Below, in pieces: positions 30,555-43,408 of a DNA stretch of 64,000 nt. Origin of the DNA: Candidatus Latescibacterota bacterium. Its GTDB lineage: Bacteria > Latescibacterota > UBA2968 > UBA8231. The notes under the pieces are model-generated. The model made no database searches. It worked only from the letters and a program-made list of their open reading frames with translations, and was not told the DNA's origin. A program made the translations under genes and the position numbers. Numbering within the stretch: position 1 is the stretch's first letter; every line of letters begins with the position of its first letter. The stretch is from the NCBI GenBank assembly GCA_965242865.1, contig CBDETK010000013.1:4512001-4576000 (forward strand), read 5' to 3'.

Positions 30555-31546
30555 TAGCGAGCACCGGTCAGGGTTTTTAGCTCGGCCCAAAAGGCTTCGA
30601 CATTGTCGCGGCGAATGGCCCGCGCCGGCACGTCAAGCACCCCCCCAGCGGGCAAAACCGAGCGGTCGCCGCGGGCTAAGGCCGCGAGGATGCGCACGGA
30701 CTCGTACCCGTAGCGGTAGGGGTTTTGCACCACCGTGCCGTAGATGTGGCCATCGACGATGCCTTGGAGGGTGGGGGCTTCCTCGTCAAAGGCAATGATT
30801 TGGATCTGCCCGGTCTTGCCGGCTTCTTTGATGGCTTCGAGGCACATCGGCGGATTGTACGCAAACAGGCCGACGACGCCGTGCAGGTCCGGGTATTTGG
30901 CAATGGCATCCTCGACTTGGGCCTTGGCTTTGGCGTAGTCAAACTGGTCGGTGCGGGTGTCGAGAATGGTGTATTGGTCGCCGGCGATCGGGCCGCTGTT
31001 GGGGTCGTGGCGCGTTGGGTCCAAGGAGCGATTGAGCAACTCGTCGATCAGACCTTGGCGGCGCTGGCGGGCGTTGAGTTGTTCGAGGCGGCCGACGAAG
31101 ATCATGATGTTGCCGCCGTTGGGCAGGGCTTCTTTGACCAGCGCCCCGCAGGCGCGACCGGCCGAGTAGTTGTCAATGCCAATAAAGCAAAGGCGGTTGC
31201 TTTTGGGGGCGTCCGAGTCGTGGGTGAGCAGGTGGGTGTGGGCTGCGGCCTCGTTGAGCAGGTCGGTCTGATTGTCCGGGTCGATGGGGCTTATGGCCAT
31301 GCCGTCGATGCCGCGGGCCAGCAGGGCTTGGACGATGCGCTTCTGATCGGCCACCCCTTCGCCGGGCATCTGCACCTCGGCGTCGGCGGCAAATTCGGCG
31401 GCCGCGGCCTCAACGCCCTTGGTGGCAATGGTCCAAAACGGGCCAACGCCGTTGGTGACAAAGGCGAGTTGGGGCTTGGCCGCGGGTTGCGGTGCGTCGC
31501 TGCAGGCGGCCACGATCAAGGCGAGGAACAAAAGGGGCGTTTTCAT
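30554..31546 (-). CDS. Sugar ABC transporter substrate-binding lipoprotein
   Basis: Lipobox [30 protein letters not shown]. Confidence 0.9.
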   Translation of the reverse strand: MKTPLLFLALIVAACSDAPQPAAKPQLAFVTNGVGPFWTIATKGVEAAAAEFAADAEVQMPGEGVADQKRIVQALLARGIDGMAISPIDPDNQTDLLNEAAAHTHLLTHDSDAPKSNRLCFIGIDNYSAGRACGALVKEALPNGGNIMIFVGRLEQLNARQRRQGLIDELLNRSLDPTRHDPNSGPIAGDQYTILDTRTDQFDYAKAKAQVEDAIAKYPDLHGVVGLFAYNPPMCLEAIKEAGKTGQIQIIAFDEEAPTLQGIVDGHIYGTVVQNPYRYGYESVRILAALARGDRSVLPAGGVLDVPARAIRRDNVEAFWAELKTLTGAR

Positions 31547-31657
31547 AGCGGTCTCGCTCGGAGGTTTGGGGAGGGACGCGGTTGCCCCCGCGAATGCGGA
31601 ATGCCTATGTTACGTCCGGCAACAGGGAAGCGCAAGCGCAACAACGGAGGAGGGGCC

Positions 31658-32764
31658 ATGTACAAGCCCAGCGCCGTACTACTGGCGGTCGCCTTGGCCG
31701 CAACCGCTGGAGAGGCAGGAGAAGCCCACGTGAGCAAAGACCGCTTTGGAACGACCGCGACCGGCCAACCCGTCGATCGCTACACCCTCACCAACGACCG
31801 CGGTGCGCTGGCCCGCGTCATTACTTACGGGGGGATCATCACCGAGCTCCTCGTGCGCGACCGCGCTGGAATGCTGGGCGATGTCGTGCTAGGCTTTGAC
31901 CGGTTGGCGCAGTACGAGCGGGAAAATCCGTACTTCGGCTGCATCACCGGGCGCGTCGCCAACCGCATTGCCGGCGGCACATTCTCCCTAGACGGCCGAG
32001 AGTACCAGCTCGCCATCAACAACGGGCCGAATCACCTGCACGGCGGGTTGGTGGGCTTTGACAAGGTCGTCTGGGAGGCCGAGGTCGTAGAAGATCGCCG
32101 CGGGCCGGCCGTGCGCCTGCATTACGTGAGCCAAGACGGCGAGGAGGGCTATCCGGGCACCGTGCGGGTGAGCGTGACGTACACCTTGACCCACGACGAC
32201 GAACTGATCATCGGATACGAGGCGACTACGGACCAACCCACGCCGATCAACCTGACCAACCACTCCTATTTCAACTTGGCCGGGCGCGGCTCCGTGCTCG
32301 GGCACATCCTCACGCTCCACGCCCGCTACTACACTGAGCCGGACGCCAACCAAGTCCCCACGGGGCGCGTTTTGCCGGTGGCTGGCACCCCTCTCGACTT
32401 TGGCAAACCAGCCGCCATTGGCGGGCGAATCGGCCAGCTCGGGCCGATCGGCGGCTACGACCACAACTACGTGCTCGACAATGGGGGCCGGGCCGAGCCG
32501 GGGCTGGCCGCCGAGGTGTACGAGCCGACGAGCGGGCGGGTGATGACGCTGTACACCACCGAGCCGGGCGTCCAGTTTTATTCGGCCATCCACCTCAATG
32601 GCGTGCTGGGCAAGGGCGGGACGCTCTACCATCAGTCCCACGGCCTATGCCTAGAGACCCAACACTATCCAGACTCGATCAACCAGCCGGGCTTTCCGTC
32701 GGTGGTGTTGCGCCCGGGCGAGACCTACCGGACGGTTACGATCCACAAGTTTTCGACGCGGTAA
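31658..32764 (+). CDS. galM: Aldose 1-epimerase (mutarotase) with N-terminal signal-like segment
   Basis: DVVLGFD, GRVANRI, NHLHGG, GYPG, NLTNHSYFNL, GYDHNY, TTEPGVQFY, CLETQHYPD. Confidence 0.95.
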   Translation: MYKPSAVLLAVALAATAGEAGEAHVSKDRFGTTATGQPVDRYTLTNDRGALARVITYGGIITELLVRDRAGMLGDVVLGFDRLAQYERENPYFGCITGRVANRIAGGTFSLDGREYQLAINNGPNHLHGGLVGFDKVVWEAEVVEDRRGPAVRLHYVSQDGEEGYPGTVRVSVTYTLTHDDELIIGYEATTDQPTPINLTNHSYFNLAGRGSVLGHILTLHARYYTEPDANQVPTGRVLPVAGTPLDFGKPAAIGGRIGQLGPIGGYDHNYVLDNGGRAEPGLAAEVYEPTSGRVMTLYTTEPGVQFYSAIHLNGVLGKGGTLYHQSHGLCLETQHYPDSINQPGFPSVVLRPGETYRTVTIHKFSTR

Positions 32765-33260
32765 GGAGGGCCTTTAGCCCGTCCAAGGCTCGGACAAACA
32801 ACTCGGCACGGTCGGACGCCCAGCCACCCCCAACCGCGTTATTTTCGACGCCCTGATCATTAGTGTTGTGCAGTGGCTGCCCGTGGCAAGCCCTTCCGCG
32901 CCATGCCTATGCCCTCGGCTCGACAGTACAGTATCTTCAAAGCATTGAAGCGGCGCGGTCGCCGACAATACCCCCATAAGCAGCATAGGGATTTTCAATG
33001 TTAAGACATGGAAACCCTAAGACGCGCCACAGCCGCTTCAAGCCCACGTCGGTCAATTACGACGCCCGTATCTTCAAGATAGCGCAGGGCACCAGTTTCA
33101 GGGACAAGCCCTTGCCGACTACCGCTTGCACCGCGCCGCTATTCGGATTGCTCGCTGGGGCCTCGCTGTAATCCGAGGCGAATACTCCCTGCTCTCGTGT
33201 TCGCTCCCAAGCGGCGGAAGAGTGGGAGGGTAAAGCGGATGGCATTAGCTGTCAGTACGA

Positions 33261-34345
33261 TTACCTGTTTTCCTCGTTTCTGTTATGGAGGTCGCGTTCT
33301 CGCACTGGCTTGAGGGCATCAATCGCGTCCAAAATTTCCTCGCAATATCCCTCGGCAATTTTTAACTGGTACTCGTTTCCTGTCTGACATCAATAACCGG
33401 ACCAAAGAGAATTTGGAGTAATCCATCTAAACTCCCATCTTCTTTTAACAAATCGACGATGTGATGGTAATGACCGAATAAGGTGTGAGCGATTTGAGCA
33501 ACGGCTTTCTCTACGTTGACTTCCTGTTCTTTTCGGCGCATTTCGATAATCTCACAACCGAGCATATCCAGCAAATAAGGATAGCCGCCGCAATAGGACA
33601 GTATATCGTTCTTCAATGCCTCACAGACGGTTACGCCTGTCGATGAAATCCGATCAAAAAATACTTCTAGGTCTTGATCGTCAAACATCGCTAAATAGTG
33701 CCGCCGAAAAGTCTCACTCAGTGTAGAAATATCGCCTGCTTGTAATTCAATCGTCTTAATGTTCCGCCGAGAGGTTGTAATCAGGGTAACGCCGAGTTCT
33801 GGAGCATAAGAGAGTTCCCGCAATTTCTGAAAGTCAGCAACGTTGTCCTTAAAGAGATACCGAGCACTATCAAACTCGTCTAATACGAGAAGTATTCGGT
33901 ATCCGGTTCTCAGAACTTTTTTGAAAAAGCGTTGAATCCTGCGATACTCCTCATTCCATGGTAACTGACTGTCGTATGCTCGATCTGCTGCACACTGAAT
34001 TTACGCGTTGAGCAGCTCTAAGTCCTCGAGTTCCTCCAGACATACCGAGACCAAAGATTGAAAGAAGGATCTCGGCTCATCATAGGTTGAAAGGTTGATC
34101 CATATTGGAATGAAATTCTCCTTTATGATCTGATCTTTCCGCTCAATGAGAGCTTGATAGACAAGGCTGCTTTTCCCGCTGCGCGGCTGGCCGATAATTG
34201 CCAAATTGGCTGGCTCTCTCGGTTGGATGATCCGACTGTCAATAATATCCAAGATCTCTTGCCGCCCGATAAAACGGTCGCCGTGGACAATTCCGCCGTA
34301 ATCTGCAAATGGGTTTTCGCGCATCATTGGATTTTCCTCATTCAT
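33261..34345 (-). pseudogene. Disrupted P-loop (STAND/AAA-like) ATPase
   Basis: NPF..YGGIV..FIGR and Walker A GQPRSGKSS; in-frame TAA at 34001-34003; same frame resumes with Walker B LLVLDEFD and joins ORF 33823-33362; out-of-frame tail NEYQLKIAEGYCEEIL..* ends at 33261. Confidence 0.8.
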
Positions 34346-35819
34346 TAGCGATTAGCCATTCCTTGAAAAGGCTGACCTTGATGGTGTAGTAATGTTTCTG
34401 TTCCCGATTAATGACATCTCGGTCAACCAACTCATCGAGAAGATCATCGCTTGGCAATTCCGTCTCGCAATCAATGTGGCTTCTATGGCACAGACCTGTT
34501 TTGCTCGCTATTGTCTTCAGAATTTTTAACACATCCTCATCTTTGCGCTCATTATTCTCTCCCGAATTATATAGATTCTCGAAGTTGCTAAGTGCCAACG
34601 CATTTCGCCCTCTCATCAGTTCGTTCCTCACATGCTCAACATAAGAATACGTGACGTAAATCGCCCGTTTTTGATTCAGATGTTCAACCAGACGATTGCA
34701 AAACATCTGAATGTAAAATGGACTGCCGGCGGTGAGTTCGAGAATGCGTTCGATGGCACGCGGTTCGCGGTAGCGGCTTTCGCCCTCTACGCCACCAATC
34801 ATGATGGGTTCGACAATGAGCTTCTTTGCGTCTGCCTCATCGAGGTATGTGACTCTTTCCCGTTGAGCGATTCCGAACTCATTTTGAAAAGCCTCTATAA
34901 ATCGCTCCATGACATCTTGACCGACGAGTACCGCATTGAAATAGTTCGCCTGCATCAAAGCCTTCCAATTCTTCATGAACGATTCGGAGAGGTGTCCCGC
35001 GAGAATCTGTCCGTAAATATAAGAAAATTCGTCTATAAAAAGCACCAATTGGACATCTCGCCAATCTGCTTGCTTGGCTGCACGGCGTTGATAGGTGTTG
35101 AAGATCTCTTTGAACAAAATCATCGGCGTTGGATGCCCATAGAATTCTCTTCCGCTCGGAAAAGAAATATCCAACTCACTAAAGCCATCATCTACTCTAT
35201 CTTCGATTGCATTCTCAAGTGAAACCAAAATCTGCCTGAGAATTTGATGCGAAAACGGCACCTTGGAATGCTCGTCCAAGTATCCTCCGATATTTCCCAA
35301 ATTCAAAATCATTAGGTTTTGGGCTTCAAGTGACTTTTCCAAATGGTACAAAATTGAAGATTTACCAGATCGCTTCTGTCCATAAATCACGACACATTTG
35401 TTCTGAGACTGAGCTTCTCGAATGGAATTTACGATGTTTTCAATCATCCGGTCACGGCCATAAAACATCTCTGGGTCGCTAACAACAGGCCCTTCATTGT
35501 ATGGGTTGATAATTTCCTGAAACTCATCTGCCGAATAAAGCCGTATCGTACAATTTTCAGACAGATCGGTACTGGGAATTTGAACGCCGGCGTCGGCATC
35601 ATTCTGCCCATTGTCCGAGGTATCTGTCAGCGGCTGCCAATAGCTAACCCGATCCATGGGAATCGTGACCGGCGGCTGGTCTTCGCCGACCTCAATTTTG
35701 AGATGCTCTCGCCCAATTTCGACCAGCTTGCCCAAGACATCGCCGCCCCCTTGCAGTACAAACTTGACCTGACTCTCAAGGGGAACCTGCTCCTGAATCA
35801 ATCGCGCATTCGCATTCAC
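34338..35819 (-). CDS. STAND/AAA-like P-loop ATPase with short N-terminal beta domain
   Basis: GTG start with GGAGG RBS; NPY..GPVV.DPEMFYGR, YGQKRSGKSS, LFIDEF, LTAGSPFYIQMFC, winged-helix-like tail; AT-richer than flanks. Confidence 0.8.
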   Translation of the reverse strand: MNANARLIQEQVPLESQVKFVLQGGGDVLGKLVEIGREHLKIEVGEDQPPVTIPMDRVSYWQPLTDTSDNGQNDADAGVQIPSTDLSENCTIRLYSADEFQEIINPYNEGPVVSDPEMFYGRDRMIENIVNSIREAQSQNKCVVIYGQKRSGKSSILYHLEKSLEAQNLMILNLGNIGGYLDEHSKVPFSHQILRQILVSLENAIEDRVDDGFSELDISFPSGREFYGHPTPMILFKEIFNTYQRRAAKQADWRDVQLVLFIDEFSYIYGQILAGHLSESFMKNWKALMQANYFNAVLVGQDVMERFIEAFQNEFGIAQRERVTYLDEADAKKLIVEPIMIGGVEGESRYREPRAIERILELTAGSPFYIQMFCNRLVEHLNQKRAIYVTYSYVEHVRNELMRGRNALALSNFENLYNSGENNERKDEDVLKILKTIASKTGLCHRSHIDCETELPSDDLLDELVDRDVINREQKHYYTIKVSLFKEWLIANE

Positions 35820-35839
35820 GTTGTACCTCCGCGTCTTTC

Positions 35840-37075
35840 CTAAATCACATCGTCGCCGCAGTGCGACAAATAGTGCTCCAACGCCGCCATGCCCGCGCTG
35901 GTATCCACCTCGGCCCCCTCGTGCGCTAGCGCCCCGCCCAAAGCGTGCAATACGCGGAACAAGTGCGGTGCTCGGCACTGCTCGCCCATCTGGCCGATGC
36001 GCACGACGTCGAGGCCAAAGGCCCCGGAGATTTCGACCTGAAAGCGGCTCGACATATCGGCGCGCACCCGGGCGTTATCCACCCCAGCCGGTACTTGGAT
36101 CGCCACCACCGAATTGAGGCGAATGGGCCGCGGCGCGGCCAGCACTAGCCCCATCTGCTCAATGCCCGCTTGCAGGGCCAACGACGAGTGCCGATGCCGC
36201 GCAAAGCGCCGCTCCAGCGTCTCCTCGCAGACCAACCGCAACGCCTCGTGCAGGGCCAACAGCCCCGACACCGGCGCGGTGTAGTGGTACTGGTGGTGCT
36301 GCCAAAAGCTCTGCGCCCGCAGGGCGTCTAAGCACCAGTGCGGCCGAGGGCCGGGATGTTGCTGCACCTGCTGCCAAGCCGCGTCGGAAAAGGCGATCAG
36401 CGCGACGCCCGGCAGCGACGACAGGCCCTTCTGGCTGCCGGTCAAAACCACGTCAATGCCCCAAGCGTCCTTTGCCAACGGCATGGTGCTCAACGTGCAA
36501 ACCGCATCGACGACTACCAACGCCCCGTGGTCGCGGCACAAGCGGGCAATCGACGGCAAATCCACCGTGCAAACGCCACTAGAAGTCTCGCCCTGCACCA
36601 TGGTCACCACGTCGTACCGCTGCCCCTTGAGACGCTCGGCAACGCGCTCGGCGCAAATGGCGCGCCCTTCCGGCACGGCCAGCACTTCGACCGCGGCTCC
36701 CACGCCAGCCGCCATCTCGGCAAAGCGCCCGCTAAACCAGCCGTTTTGCAGGACCAAGGCCCGGCGGCCAGGCCAGAGCAGGTTGCCCATCGCCATCTCC
36801 ATGGCGGCCGACGCCGGCCCTCCAATCCCCAAGATGTGCTCGTCGGCCGTCTGAAAGGCATAGCCAGCCAACTGCTTGATCTGTTCGACCAGCCGATCCA
36901 TCGTCGGGCCCAAGTGATTGATGACCATGCCGCCGGCCCGAGCGACCTCGGCCGCCACCGGCACCGGCCCAGCCCCCATCAGCAGCAGCGGCTCGGCCGG
37001 CAGGAGTTGATCCAGCGGTGAAAACGCCGGGGCCTCTAAGCCGCCAACGCCGCGCTGGGACGCTGCATTCTCCAT
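35840..37075 (-). CDS. Alanine--glyoxylate / class V aminotransferase
   Basis: LLMGAGP, QGETSSGV, VDAVCTL, TGSQKGL, YHYTAPV, RIGQMG. Confidence 0.9.
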   Translation of the reverse strand: MENAASQRGVGGLEAPAFSPLDQLLPAEPLLLMGAGPVPVAAEVARAGGMVINHLGPTMDRLVEQIKQLAGYAFQTADEHILGIGGPASAAMEMAMGNLLWPGRRALVLQNGWFSGRFAEMAAGVGAAVEVLAVPEGRAICAERVAERLKGQRYDVVTMVQGETSSGVCTVDLPSIARLCRDHGALVVVDAVCTLSTMPLAKDAWGIDVVLTGSQKGLSSLPGVALIAFSDAAWQQVQQHPGPRPHWCLDALRAQSFWQHHQYHYTAPVSGLLALHEALRLVCEETLERRFARHRHSSLALQAGIEQMGLVLAAPRPIRLNSVVAIQVPAGVDNARVRADMSSRFQVEISGAFGLDVVRIGQMGEQCRAPHLFRVLHALGGALAHEGAEVDTSAGMAALEHYLSHCGDDVI

Positions 37076-37084
37076 GCCCAATTC

Positions 37085-38467
37085 CTAATAGTTAATGGCC
37101 TCGCCAAACGCCTGCCCGGCCGCTTCCATGATCGCCTCAGACAGGGTCGGATGCGCGTGGGTGGTGAGCAAAAGCTCCTCGTAGGTGGCTTCCAAGCGGA
37201 GGGCCAACGTCAACTCGGCGATCAGTTCCGTGGCTTCGGCCCCCAGAATGGCCCCGCCCAACAGCTCGCCGTAGCGCGCGTCAAACACTAGCTTGACCAG
37301 CCCTTCGGTCTCTCCGGCGGCTTGCCCCTTGCCGCTGGCTGCAAACGGAAAGCGCCCGACCTTGACGTCGTACCCGGCTTGGCGCGCTTGGCTTTCGCTC
37401 AGGCCGACGCTGGCCACTTGCGGCTGGCAATAGATGCAGTTGGACACTTGGCGTGGGTCTAAAGCGGGCCGGTCGCGGCCAGCTATCCACTCGACGACCG
37501 CGATTCCTTCCTGCGCGGCCGCGTGCGCCAACAGCGGCGGGCCGGCCACATCGCCAATCGCGTAGATGCCCTTCGCGCTGGTCTGCATCCGCTCATCGAC
37601 CACAATCGCGCCGTCGCGGGTGCGGATGCCCAGTGCTTCCAGCCCCAGCCCTTCGATATTGCCCTGAACCCCGGTGGCGACGAGCACGCGCTCGACGCGC
37701 CGCGTCTGCTCCTTTTCGCCGACCCGGTAGCGCAATGCGACCCCGCGCTTTTGCCGTTTGACCTCCTCGACCCGGGCTTGGGGCACCACGTCGATCCCCT
37801 GCTGCGTCAAGCTCTCGGCCAACCCCGCGGCGATCTCTTCGTCCTCGCGCGGCAAAATCTGGGGCAAGGCTTCCAAGAGCAGCACCTTGCTGCCAAAGGC
37901 GCGGTAGAAATAGGCGAACTCTACGCCGATGGCCCCGGCCCCGATGATGGCGAGGGACGCCGGCTGCGCGGCCACGACCATGGCTTCGCGGCTGGCGATG
38001 ATCCGCTCGCCATCGAACTCCACGCCCGGGATGGATTTGGGGCGGCTGCCGGTGGCCAGCACCACGTGGGCGGCCTCCAACTCGGCCCCGCCGCCCTCGA
38101 CCGCGACGCAACGACGGGGCGTCAACCGGCCCCGGCCGGCAAATACCTCGACTTGGTTTTTCTCCATCAGGTAGGCCACGCCTTTGGACAACTGGGCGGC
38201 CACGCGGCGGCTGCGGCCAACGACCGCCTCCCAATCCACGGTCGGCTTATTGGCTCGCAAGCCGAACTCCTCGGCGCGCAAAAAAAGCTGGTACACTTCG
38301 GCTTGCTTGAGCAACGCCTTGGTGGGAATGCAGCCCCAATTTAGACAGGTCCCGCCCAACTCGGCGTCTTCGACCAGCGCGGTTTTTAACCCCAACTGCC
38401 GCGCCCGAATGGCGGCTGAATAACCCCCGGGGCCGCCGCCGATAATTGCCACATCATACACTGCCAT
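37085..38467 (-). CDS. lpdA: Dihydrolipoyl dehydrogenase
   Basis: [41 protein letters not shown]. Confidence 0.96.
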   Translation of the reverse strand: MAVYDVAIIGGGPGGYSAAIRARQLGLKTALVEDAELGGTCLNWGCIPTKALLKQAEVYQLFLRAEEFGLRANKPTVDWEAVVGRSRRVAAQLSKGVAYLMEKNQVEVFAGRGRLTPRRCVAVEGGGAELEAAHVVLATGSRPKSIPGVEFDGERIIASREAMVVAAQPASLAIIGAGAIGVEFAYFYRAFGSKVLLLEALPQILPREDEEIAAGLAESLTQQGIDVVPQARVEEVKRQKRGVALRYRVGEKEQTRRVERVLVATGVQGNIEGLGLEALGIRTRDGAIVVDERMQTSAKGIYAIGDVAGPPLLAHAAAQEGIAVVEWIAGRDRPALDPRQVSNCIYCQPQVASVGLSESQARQAGYDVKVGRFPFAASGKGQAAGETEGLVKLVFDARYGELLGGAILGAEATELIAELTLALRLEATYEELLLTTHAHPTLSEAIMEAAGQAFGEAINY

Positions 38468-38582
38468 TGCATTTCTTTCTACGGTTCGGAGCGAGGAAGT
38501 TCCCATCGCCTCAATTGCCCTCGCTCGCGCCATGGTTTATTGTTGCCAAACTAGCACCGCACCGCAAATAAAGGCAAATCCC

Positions 38583-39068
38583 GTGCTGCAACCGCAAGCC
38601 AATCCCGCGCAAACCCTGACCATTTTCACCGACGGCGCCTGTTCGTCCAACCCAGGCCCCGGGGGCTGGGCCGCACGGCTGATGTACGGCGATGGTCGCA
38701 TCGTCGAGCTGGGCGGGGGCGTCCCGGCGACGACCAACAACCGCATGGAGCTGCAAGCGGCCATTGAGGGGCTGCGCGCGGCCCCGCCCGGCCTCGCCAT
38801 CACGCTCGTCACAGACAGCGAGTACCTGCGCCAAGGCATTACCAAGTGGATTCGCGGTTGGAAGCGGCGCGGCTGGCGCACGACCGCGCAAAAGCCCGTG
38901 CTCAACCAAGACCTGTGGCGCGTCCTCGACCAGCTCAACGCGCCCGCCGTCCAATGGCAATACACCCGAGGCCACGCCGGCCACCCCGACAACGAACGCT
39001 GCGACCAAATCGCCCAAGCATTTGCCCGCGGAGAAACGCCCTTCCTGCACAACCACCCTAGACCCTAG
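38583..39068 (+). CDS. rnhA: Ribonuclease HI
   Basis: [45 protein letters not shown]. Confidence 0.96.
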   Translation: MLQPQANPAQTLTIFTDGACSSNPGPGGWAARLMYGDGRIVELGGGVPATTNNRMELQAAIEGLRAAPPGLAITLVTDSEYLRQGITKWIRGWKRRGWRTTAQKPVLNQDLWRVLDQLNAPAVQWQYTRGHAGHPDNERCDQIAQAFARGETPFLHNHPRP

Positions 39069-39083
39069 TCGAAAGGATTGACC

Positions 39084-39854
39084 ATGCTTTACGGCTTGAT
39101 CTTCATCCTCGCCCTCGCTGGCTCGGCCAGCGCCCAAGAAGCCACCCGCTTCCAAGCTCCACCAGCCGAGCTACCCACCTACCAAGTCCTCCGCACGGAC
39201 CAAGGGATCCAAGTCGATGGCCGCCTCGACGAGGCCGACTGGCAGCGCACCGCGCCCATCGCCTTTGTGATGCCTTGGACCGACCTCACCCAAGAGGCAC
39301 CGCAATCCACGACCGCCCGCTTGCTCTGGGACGACGACAACCTCTACATCATCTACGAGTGCGTCGATCCGCATCTAGACTCCGAGGTGACCGAGCACGA
39401 TGGGAAGGTGTACCAAGAGGACGCGGTCGAGATTTTCGCCGCGCCCAATGCGGCTGTCCCCGGCAACTACTACGGCTATGAGATGAACATCCACGGCACC
39501 TTGCTCGACTACATCGCCTTCGGCGGCGGCGTGGAGCGCACCAAGGCCATTCACAATTCTTGGCAGAGCGAAGGCGTGGTCATGGCCACTACGTATGACG
39601 GCACCCTCAACGACCACTCAGACACGGACGCAGGCTGGATCCTCGAAATCGCCATCCCCCACGACAACTTCCGCCACTTGGGAGGGCAGATCCCGCCCCA
39701 AGATGGCGACCAATGGCGCGTCGGGCTAAACCGCACTAAGGGCTACCAAGGCCAATATGGGATGTGGTCCGACACTGGAACGCCCGTGGCCGACTTCCAC
39801 CGCGCCCACCGCTTCGGCGTCCTCACCTTCTCGGGCGCGGTCGTCGGCCCCTGA
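39084..39854 (+). CDS. Secreted carbohydrate-binding family 9-like (DOMON-like) protein
   Basis: Signal peptide ASA|Q, I.VDGRLDEADW, RLLWDDDNLY, DAVEIF, W..EIAIP, DFH....FG. Confidence 0.8.
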   Translation: MLYGLIFILALAGSASAQEATRFQAPPAELPTYQVLRTDQGIQVDGRLDEADWQRTAPIAFVMPWTDLTQEAPQSTTARLLWDDDNLYIIYECVDPHLDSEVTEHDGKVYQEDAVEIFAAPNAAVPGNYYGYEMNIHGTLLDYIAFGGGVERTKAIHNSWQSEGVVMATTYDGTLNDHSDTDAGWILEIAIPHDNFRHLGGQIPPQDGDQWRVGLNRTKGYQGQYGMWSDTGTPVADFHRAHRFGVLTFSGAVVGP

Positions 39855-39869
39855 AGCACTGCGGCTTTC

Positions 39870-41996
39870 ATGGTTGGGCGGCCCCTAGGACGGATGCTCT
39901 CGATCCTGAAGCGTCTCAAAGGCCGGCGCGGCCAACGGCAACGGCTGTGGCTGCGCCTGCTGGGCTATTACCTCGCCTTGGGGCTGGTGCCGGTGTTGCT
40001 GGTCGATCTGTTCGTGTTGAACACGGCTCGGGCGGCCATTGAAGAGGCCGTGCTAGACAGCCGCCGCGAAATGGCCCACCGCACGGCCGAGGAGATCACC
40101 CACATCTTTTCTACCATCTCCTCCAACTTGCAACGCCTCGCCCAGTACGTGGCAACGGCAACCGAGCCGCAGGATGTGCCCGCGTTGCTCGAAAAGGCCG
40201 CGCTCGCAGACAGCGACGTGGAGGCCCTGTACCTAGTGGACAGCCAAAACCAAATACAGGCGGCGAGCGCGGCGATTGCGTGGCCCGCTTCCTACGACCC
40301 GGACGCGGCTTGGGCCAAGGTCGCGGCCGGCAGCCTGTACGTCGCCCTGCTCGAAGAATTTAAGGAGACGCCCAAGCTCTTTGTCGCGCTCCCGGTGGAA
40401 CGGGACGGTCAGCCGACTCAACAAGCCCTCCTCGCTCGCCTCGACTTTCACCGAGTCTGGCAAAAGATCGATCTCATCCACCTCGGCCGCACCGGGTACG
40501 CGACCTTGCTCCACGCCGACGATGGGCACTATCTGGCGCGGCCCATGCGCCAGGCCTTCTACTCGTGGCAACATCACCCGCACGTACAGGCCATGCGCGG
40601 GCCAGCCGGCATTCTCGCGTGGCGCGACACCGGGGGCACGGACTGGGTCACGGGGTTTGCGCCCGTGCGCGACTGGGGCTGGATCGTCGCCATTGAACAG
40701 CACGAGGACGAGGCGTATGCCCCGTACACCTTTGTGCTGTACGCGCTCTATGCGGTCATCGTGCTTTCGGCGCTCGGGTCCCTGATTTTGGGCGGCTTGA
40801 CGCGCAACTCGGTCGTCGCGCCCCTCGTCTTGCTCACCCACGCGGTGCGCCGCCGGCGAGACGGCTATCCCCTCCTCGGCGCTCCCACGGCGCGGCGCGA
40901 CGAAATCGGCGAACTAGCCGACGCTTTTGTCGAGCTGGACCAAACGCTGGCCAAACGCCAGCGCGACTTGCAGAGCACCTTGGACTTGCAGCACCATCTG
41001 ATCGAGGACAATCCCCTCGCGGTGGCCGTGCTCGACGCCGAGTACCGCATCGTACAGAGCAACAAGGCGTGGGCCGGCTTGCTGCTGCCGGCCCCGGCCG
41101 CCGCCTTGAGCGCGACCCCGGCCGGGGCCCAAGTGTGCGCGTGGCTAAAGGCCCATCCGACCGCGCAAGAGGTCGATAACCTCGCCATTGAGGATGGCAC
41201 GGTACACTATTGGAACCTGCGCACGGCCGCGCTGCGCCCCGGCCATCGCGGCACGCTCTTGCTCATGGTGGAAGACCAGACCCAGCAACACCTGCTGGAG
41301 CTGCACTACATGCAGGCCGAAAAGCTCTCGGCGCTCGGGGCGGTGGCCGCTGGCGTGGCCCACGAAATCAAAAACCCCCTCGCCATTGTGCAAAACACCT
41401 GCGACCTGCTGCCGCGGCTGGCCCCGGAAGAAAAGGAGGAGCGCGACGAGACCTTGCAGATGATGCGCGCGGCCATCCGCCGCATTGACGAGCGCGTCAG
41501 CAGCCTGCTCGACTTTGCCCGGCCGGCTCAGCACCGCGAGGAGCCGATCGACGCGGTCGCGGTGCTAGAGCAGCTCCTCGACTTGGAGACCAAACACGCC
41601 GAGCACCTCGGCATCTCGATTGAGCGCTGCTTTGAGCCGGTGCCCCCGGTGCTCATAAACCGCGACATGCTCAAAGACATCTACCTCAACATCATCCGCA
41701 ACGCCTTCCAAGCCATGCCCCAAGGCGGCCGCCTGCCCGTGAGCGGCCGCCCCACGCCCGCGGGCGTTGCCATAAAAATCTGCGACACTGGCACCGGCAT
41801 TGAGCCAACCCAGATCGCCCGCATCTTTGAGCCGTTCTTTTCGACCAAAGCCCCGGGCGAGGGCACGGGCTTGGGGCTGGCCATTGCCCAGCGTCAACTG
41901 CGAGAAATCGGCGGCCACATAGAGGTTGCGAGCCGCATTGGCAAAGGCACTTGCTTCGCGCTCTTGCTGCCGTACAATAGAGAGGAAAAGGCATAG
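39870..41996 (+). CDS. Sensor histidine kinase (Cache-like periplasmic, HAMP, PAS-like, HisKA, HATPase)
   Basis: Two TM segments, GRTGYA..L Cache-like motif, RDEIGELA HAMP, AGVAHEIKNPL, NIIRNA, DTGTGI, FEPFFSTK, GTGLGL. Confidence 0.93.
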   Translation: MVGRPLGRMLSILKRLKGRRGQRQRLWLRLLGYYLALGLVPVLLVDLFVLNTARAAIEEAVLDSRREMAHRTAEEITHIFSTISSNLQRLAQYVATATEPQDVPALLEKAALADSDVEALYLVDSQNQIQAASAAIAWPASYDPDAAWAKVAAGSLYVALLEEFKETPKLFVALPVERDGQPTQQALLARLDFHRVWQKIDLIHLGRTGYATLLHADDGHYLARPMRQAFYSWQHHPHVQAMRGPAGILAWRDTGGTDWVTGFAPVRDWGWIVAIEQHEDEAYAPYTFVLYALYAVIVLSALGSLILGGLTRNSVVAPLVLLTHAVRRRRDGYPLLGAPTARRDEIGELADAFVELDQTLAKRQRDLQSTLDLQHHLIEDNPLAVAVLDAEYRIVQSNKAWAGLLLPAPAAALSATPAGAQVCAWLKAHPTAQEVDNLAIEDGTVHYWNLRTAALRPGHRGTLLLMVEDQTQQHLLELHYMQAEKLSALGAVAAGVAHEIKNPLAIVQNTCDLLPRLAPEEKEERDETLQMMRAAIRRIDERVSSLLDFARPAQHREEPIDAVAVLEQLLDLETKHAEHLGISIERCFEPVPPVLINRDMLKDIYLNIIRNAFQAMPQGGRLPVSGRPTPAGVAIKICDTGTGIEPTQIARIFEPFFSTKAPGEGTGLGLAIAQRQLREIGGHIEVASRIGKGTCFALLLPYNREEKA

Positions 41997-41998
41997 CC

Positions 41999-43381
<1,383 letters not shown>

Positions 43382-43408
43382 CCTTGAACCGAACCTTAGG
43401 AGAAGGCC

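Noticed and set aside
30725-31657. 679-aa GalM fusion ORF
   Set aside because: The upstream part is the antisense shadow of the sugar-binding protein gene; the real start has its own RBS at 31658.
32774-33245. Short minus-strand ORFs downstream of the ATPase pseudogene
   Set aside because: No recognisable motifs or clear RBS; possibly island debris, but not supportable as genes.
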